Assembly (NCBI GenBank): GCA_046259355.1
Contig: JBJYWH010000134.1
Span: 1 to 57,567 of the forward strand
From: Anaerolineales bacterium
GTDB taxonomy: Bacteria > Chloroflexota > Anaerolineae > Anaerolineales > E44-bin32
DNA: 57,567 bases
Reading direction: 5' to 3'
Positions 55,893 to 57,567 of the stretch are shown in pieces. Below the pieces are notes generated by a model, which searched no databases, was not told the DNA's origin, and saw only the letters and a list, made by a program, of their open reading frames with translations. Made by a program: the position numbers and the translations under genes. Position 1 is the stretch's first letter. Each line of letters begins with the position of its first letter.

Positions 55893-57053
55893 TTAAGGGA
55901 TTACCCGTTCCAGGATGGTCGCGGTGCCCATGCCGTGCCCGATGCACATCGCCTGCAGCCCCCAGTGGGCCTGGCGCTGCTCCAGTTCGTACACCAGCTT
56001 CGTCATCAGCACGGCTCCGGTCGCCCCAAGCGGGTGACCGTGGGCGATCGCACCGCCATCCGGGTTGACGCGCTCCAGGTCCGCATCGAATTCCTTCGCC
56101 CAGGCGAGCACGACGCTGGCGAAGGCTTCGTTCATTTCCACCACGTCCATGTCATCCAGGCTCATCCCGGCTTGTGCGAGCACAGCGCGCGTAGCATGCA
56201 TCGGCCCATCCAGCATCAGGACCGGGTCCGATCCGACTACAGCCCGGGCGGCGACGCGCGCCATCGGTTTTAGTGAATAGCGCTCGATGGCCTCATCGGA
56301 GGCAACGAGCAGTGCAGCTGCGCCGTCGCTGATCTGGCTGCTGTTGCCGGCGGTGACGACACCATCCTCCTTGAAGACCGGTTTCAAGACCGACATCTTC
56401 GCCCGGTCAGCATCTCTGCGCACCCCTTGATCGTGTTCGACCCGGCGGGTGCCGCTTTCACAGGGGACATCGACCGGCACGATTTCCTCCGCGCTGCGCC
56501 CGGTGTCCATTGCGGACGAGGCCCGCCGGTGACTCTCGAAGGCATAGTCATCGAGTTCTTCCCGCCCCAGCTTCCAGCGCTCAGCCATCATCTCGGCGCT
56601 GATGCCTTGATGGACCAGCTGGTAGGGGAAATTGTCCGGCCACGACTCGGGATAATCCGCGCCCAGCGGCTGGTGCGACATCATCTCGATCCCGCCAGCC
56701 AGGACCAGGTCCATGTCACCGGCCAGGATGGCCTGGCTGGCGAAGTGCACCGCCTGCTGCCCTGAACCACACATGCGGTTCAACTGCACCCCCGGGATCG
56801 TGTAGGGAAAACCAGCCTGCAGCAAAGCCAGACGGGCGATATTGGCGCCCTGATCGAAAATCGGTGTCACGCAGCCCAGGATCACATCCTCTACCTGCCC
56901 TGCCCGGATCCCGACGCGGTCGATGACTGCGTTCAGGACGTGGGCCGCCAGATCGACGGGTGCGACCGGAGCCAACGCCCCCTTCTCGGGCTTCCCGATT
57001 CCAATCGGCGTACGGGCGGCGGCTACGATGTATGCATTGCGAGTCATCTTCAC
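55893..57053 (-). CDS. acetyl-CoA C-acetyltransferase (thiolase II)
   Basis: 386 aa with NRMCGSGQQAV (active Cys), GHPLGATG and CIGHGMG. Confidence 0.92.
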   Translation of the reverse strand: MKMTRNAYIVAAARTPIGIGKPEKGALAPVAPVDLAAHVLNAVIDRVGIRAGQVEDVILGCVTPIFDQGANIARLALLQAGFPYTIPGVQLNRMCGSGQQAVHFASQAILAGDMDLVLAGGIEMMSHQPLGADYPESWPDNFPYQLVHQGISAEMMAERWKLGREELDDYAFESHRRASSAMDTGRSAEEIVPVDVPCESGTRRVEHDQGVRRDADRAKMSVLKPVFKEDGVVTAGNSSQISDGAAALLVASDEAIERYSLKPMARVAARAVVGSDPVLMLDGPMHATRAVLAQAGMSLDDMDVVEMNEAFASVVLAWAKEFDADLERVNPDGGAIAHGHPLGATGAVLMTKLVYELEQRQAHWGLQAMCIGHGMGTATILERVIP

Positions 57054-57180
57054 ACTCTCCGAAGGGATTCGCGCCTAAAGGCTTTCTCGCAGAAGTCCAC
57101 CTGAGCATAGGGCTCGTCGTATGGCAAGTCAAGCCTCCCGGCTGAAGCGGATCCGCCCGCCTGCGGAGTACAATTAAGCG

Positions 57181-57567
57181 ATGCCAGCCCGACGTTGTCG
57201 TATGCGTTCTCGCAGCTATTCCGGACCGCTGCGTATACTGTGCCTGGTTTTACTGGGCGTGCTCCCCGCCTGCGGGGGAGCGCCCGCTTCGCCTGTACGT
57301 GCGATCACGAGCGGCGAGGAATTGGAGCGTGCCCTGCGCCAGGCGGGAGCAGACATCGAAGAAGCCCGGGGCGAACTCCTGATCCCATCCGTGCCGGGCA
57401 AGATGCTGCGCGTCAATGGCGAGTTGCTTCAGATTGGCGACCTTGATCCGGAAGATGACGTTATCGAGGCTGCGCTGCAGGAATCGGCCGTACCCACCGA
57501 CCGCCGCGCCGTCCCGCTGATCTGGATCGGATCCGGATGGTTTGCCGTGTATGATGGACAGGATGGC
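57181..57567 (+). CDS. hypothetical lipoprotein (partial, continues past the right edge), predicted leaderless
   Basis: Open frame not in the track (no stop). MPARRCRMRSRSYSGPLRILCLVLLGVLPACGG has a lipobox. TACAAT at 57169..57174 lies exactly 6 nt before the ATG. Confidence 0.5.
   Translation, partial: MPARRCRMRSRSYSGPLRILCLVLLGVLPACGGAPASPVRAITSGEELERALRQAGADIEEARGELLIPSVPGKMLRVNGELLQIGDLDPEDDVIEAALQESAVPTDRRAVPLIWIGSGWFAVYDGQDG

Overview
A 57.6-kb, high-GC, densely packed bacterial chromosomal segment with about 55 protein genes. I found no rRNA, tRNA, CRISPR array, transposase or integrase. Leaderless-looking promoters, a Cheo-type LexA box and DUF5667-like anti-sigma architecture suggest a Chloroflexota-like organism, but that is inference only. 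All calls come from reading the supplied ORF translations and the DNA by eye; no searches were run.

Gene content, left to right:
- A minus-strand housekeeping block: GAF histidine kinase, endonuclease III, icd, galE, a pcrA/uvrD helicase, DUF711, a TrmH methylase and a macro domain protein.
- The infC-rpmI-rplT operon.
- An ECF sigma / anti-sigma pair.
- A ferredoxin, FAD oxidoreductase, His-rich membrane protein and 18-heme cytochrome c cluster.
- A minus-strand cassette fronted by a LexA-type operator: a RecA-fold ImuA/SulA-like protein, a small helical ORF, a family-B DNA polymerase with degenerate exonuclease motifs, and a membrane protein.
- A PlsC-like acyltransferase divergent from a large GNAT-like protein and an unknown 491-aa protein.
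- A second, perfect LexA box inside a consensus promoter, driving a LuxR-type regulator upstream of an AAC(3)-family acetyltransferase.
- Envelope and lipoprotein genes.
- A complete Pho module: PhoB/PhoR-type two-component system, two small unknown ORFs, pstSCAB, an embedded metallophosphoesterase and phoU, with three periodic Pho-box-like arrays.
- A TreT-like glycosyltransferase, YceI, a MacAB-type efflux operon, a P-type ATPase, a nitrilase-family hydrolase, MgtC/DUF4010 and a thiolase.

The best candidate for something undescribed is the SOS-box, ImuA-like, small ORF, proofreading-dead PolB cassette at about 19.6-23.6 kb.
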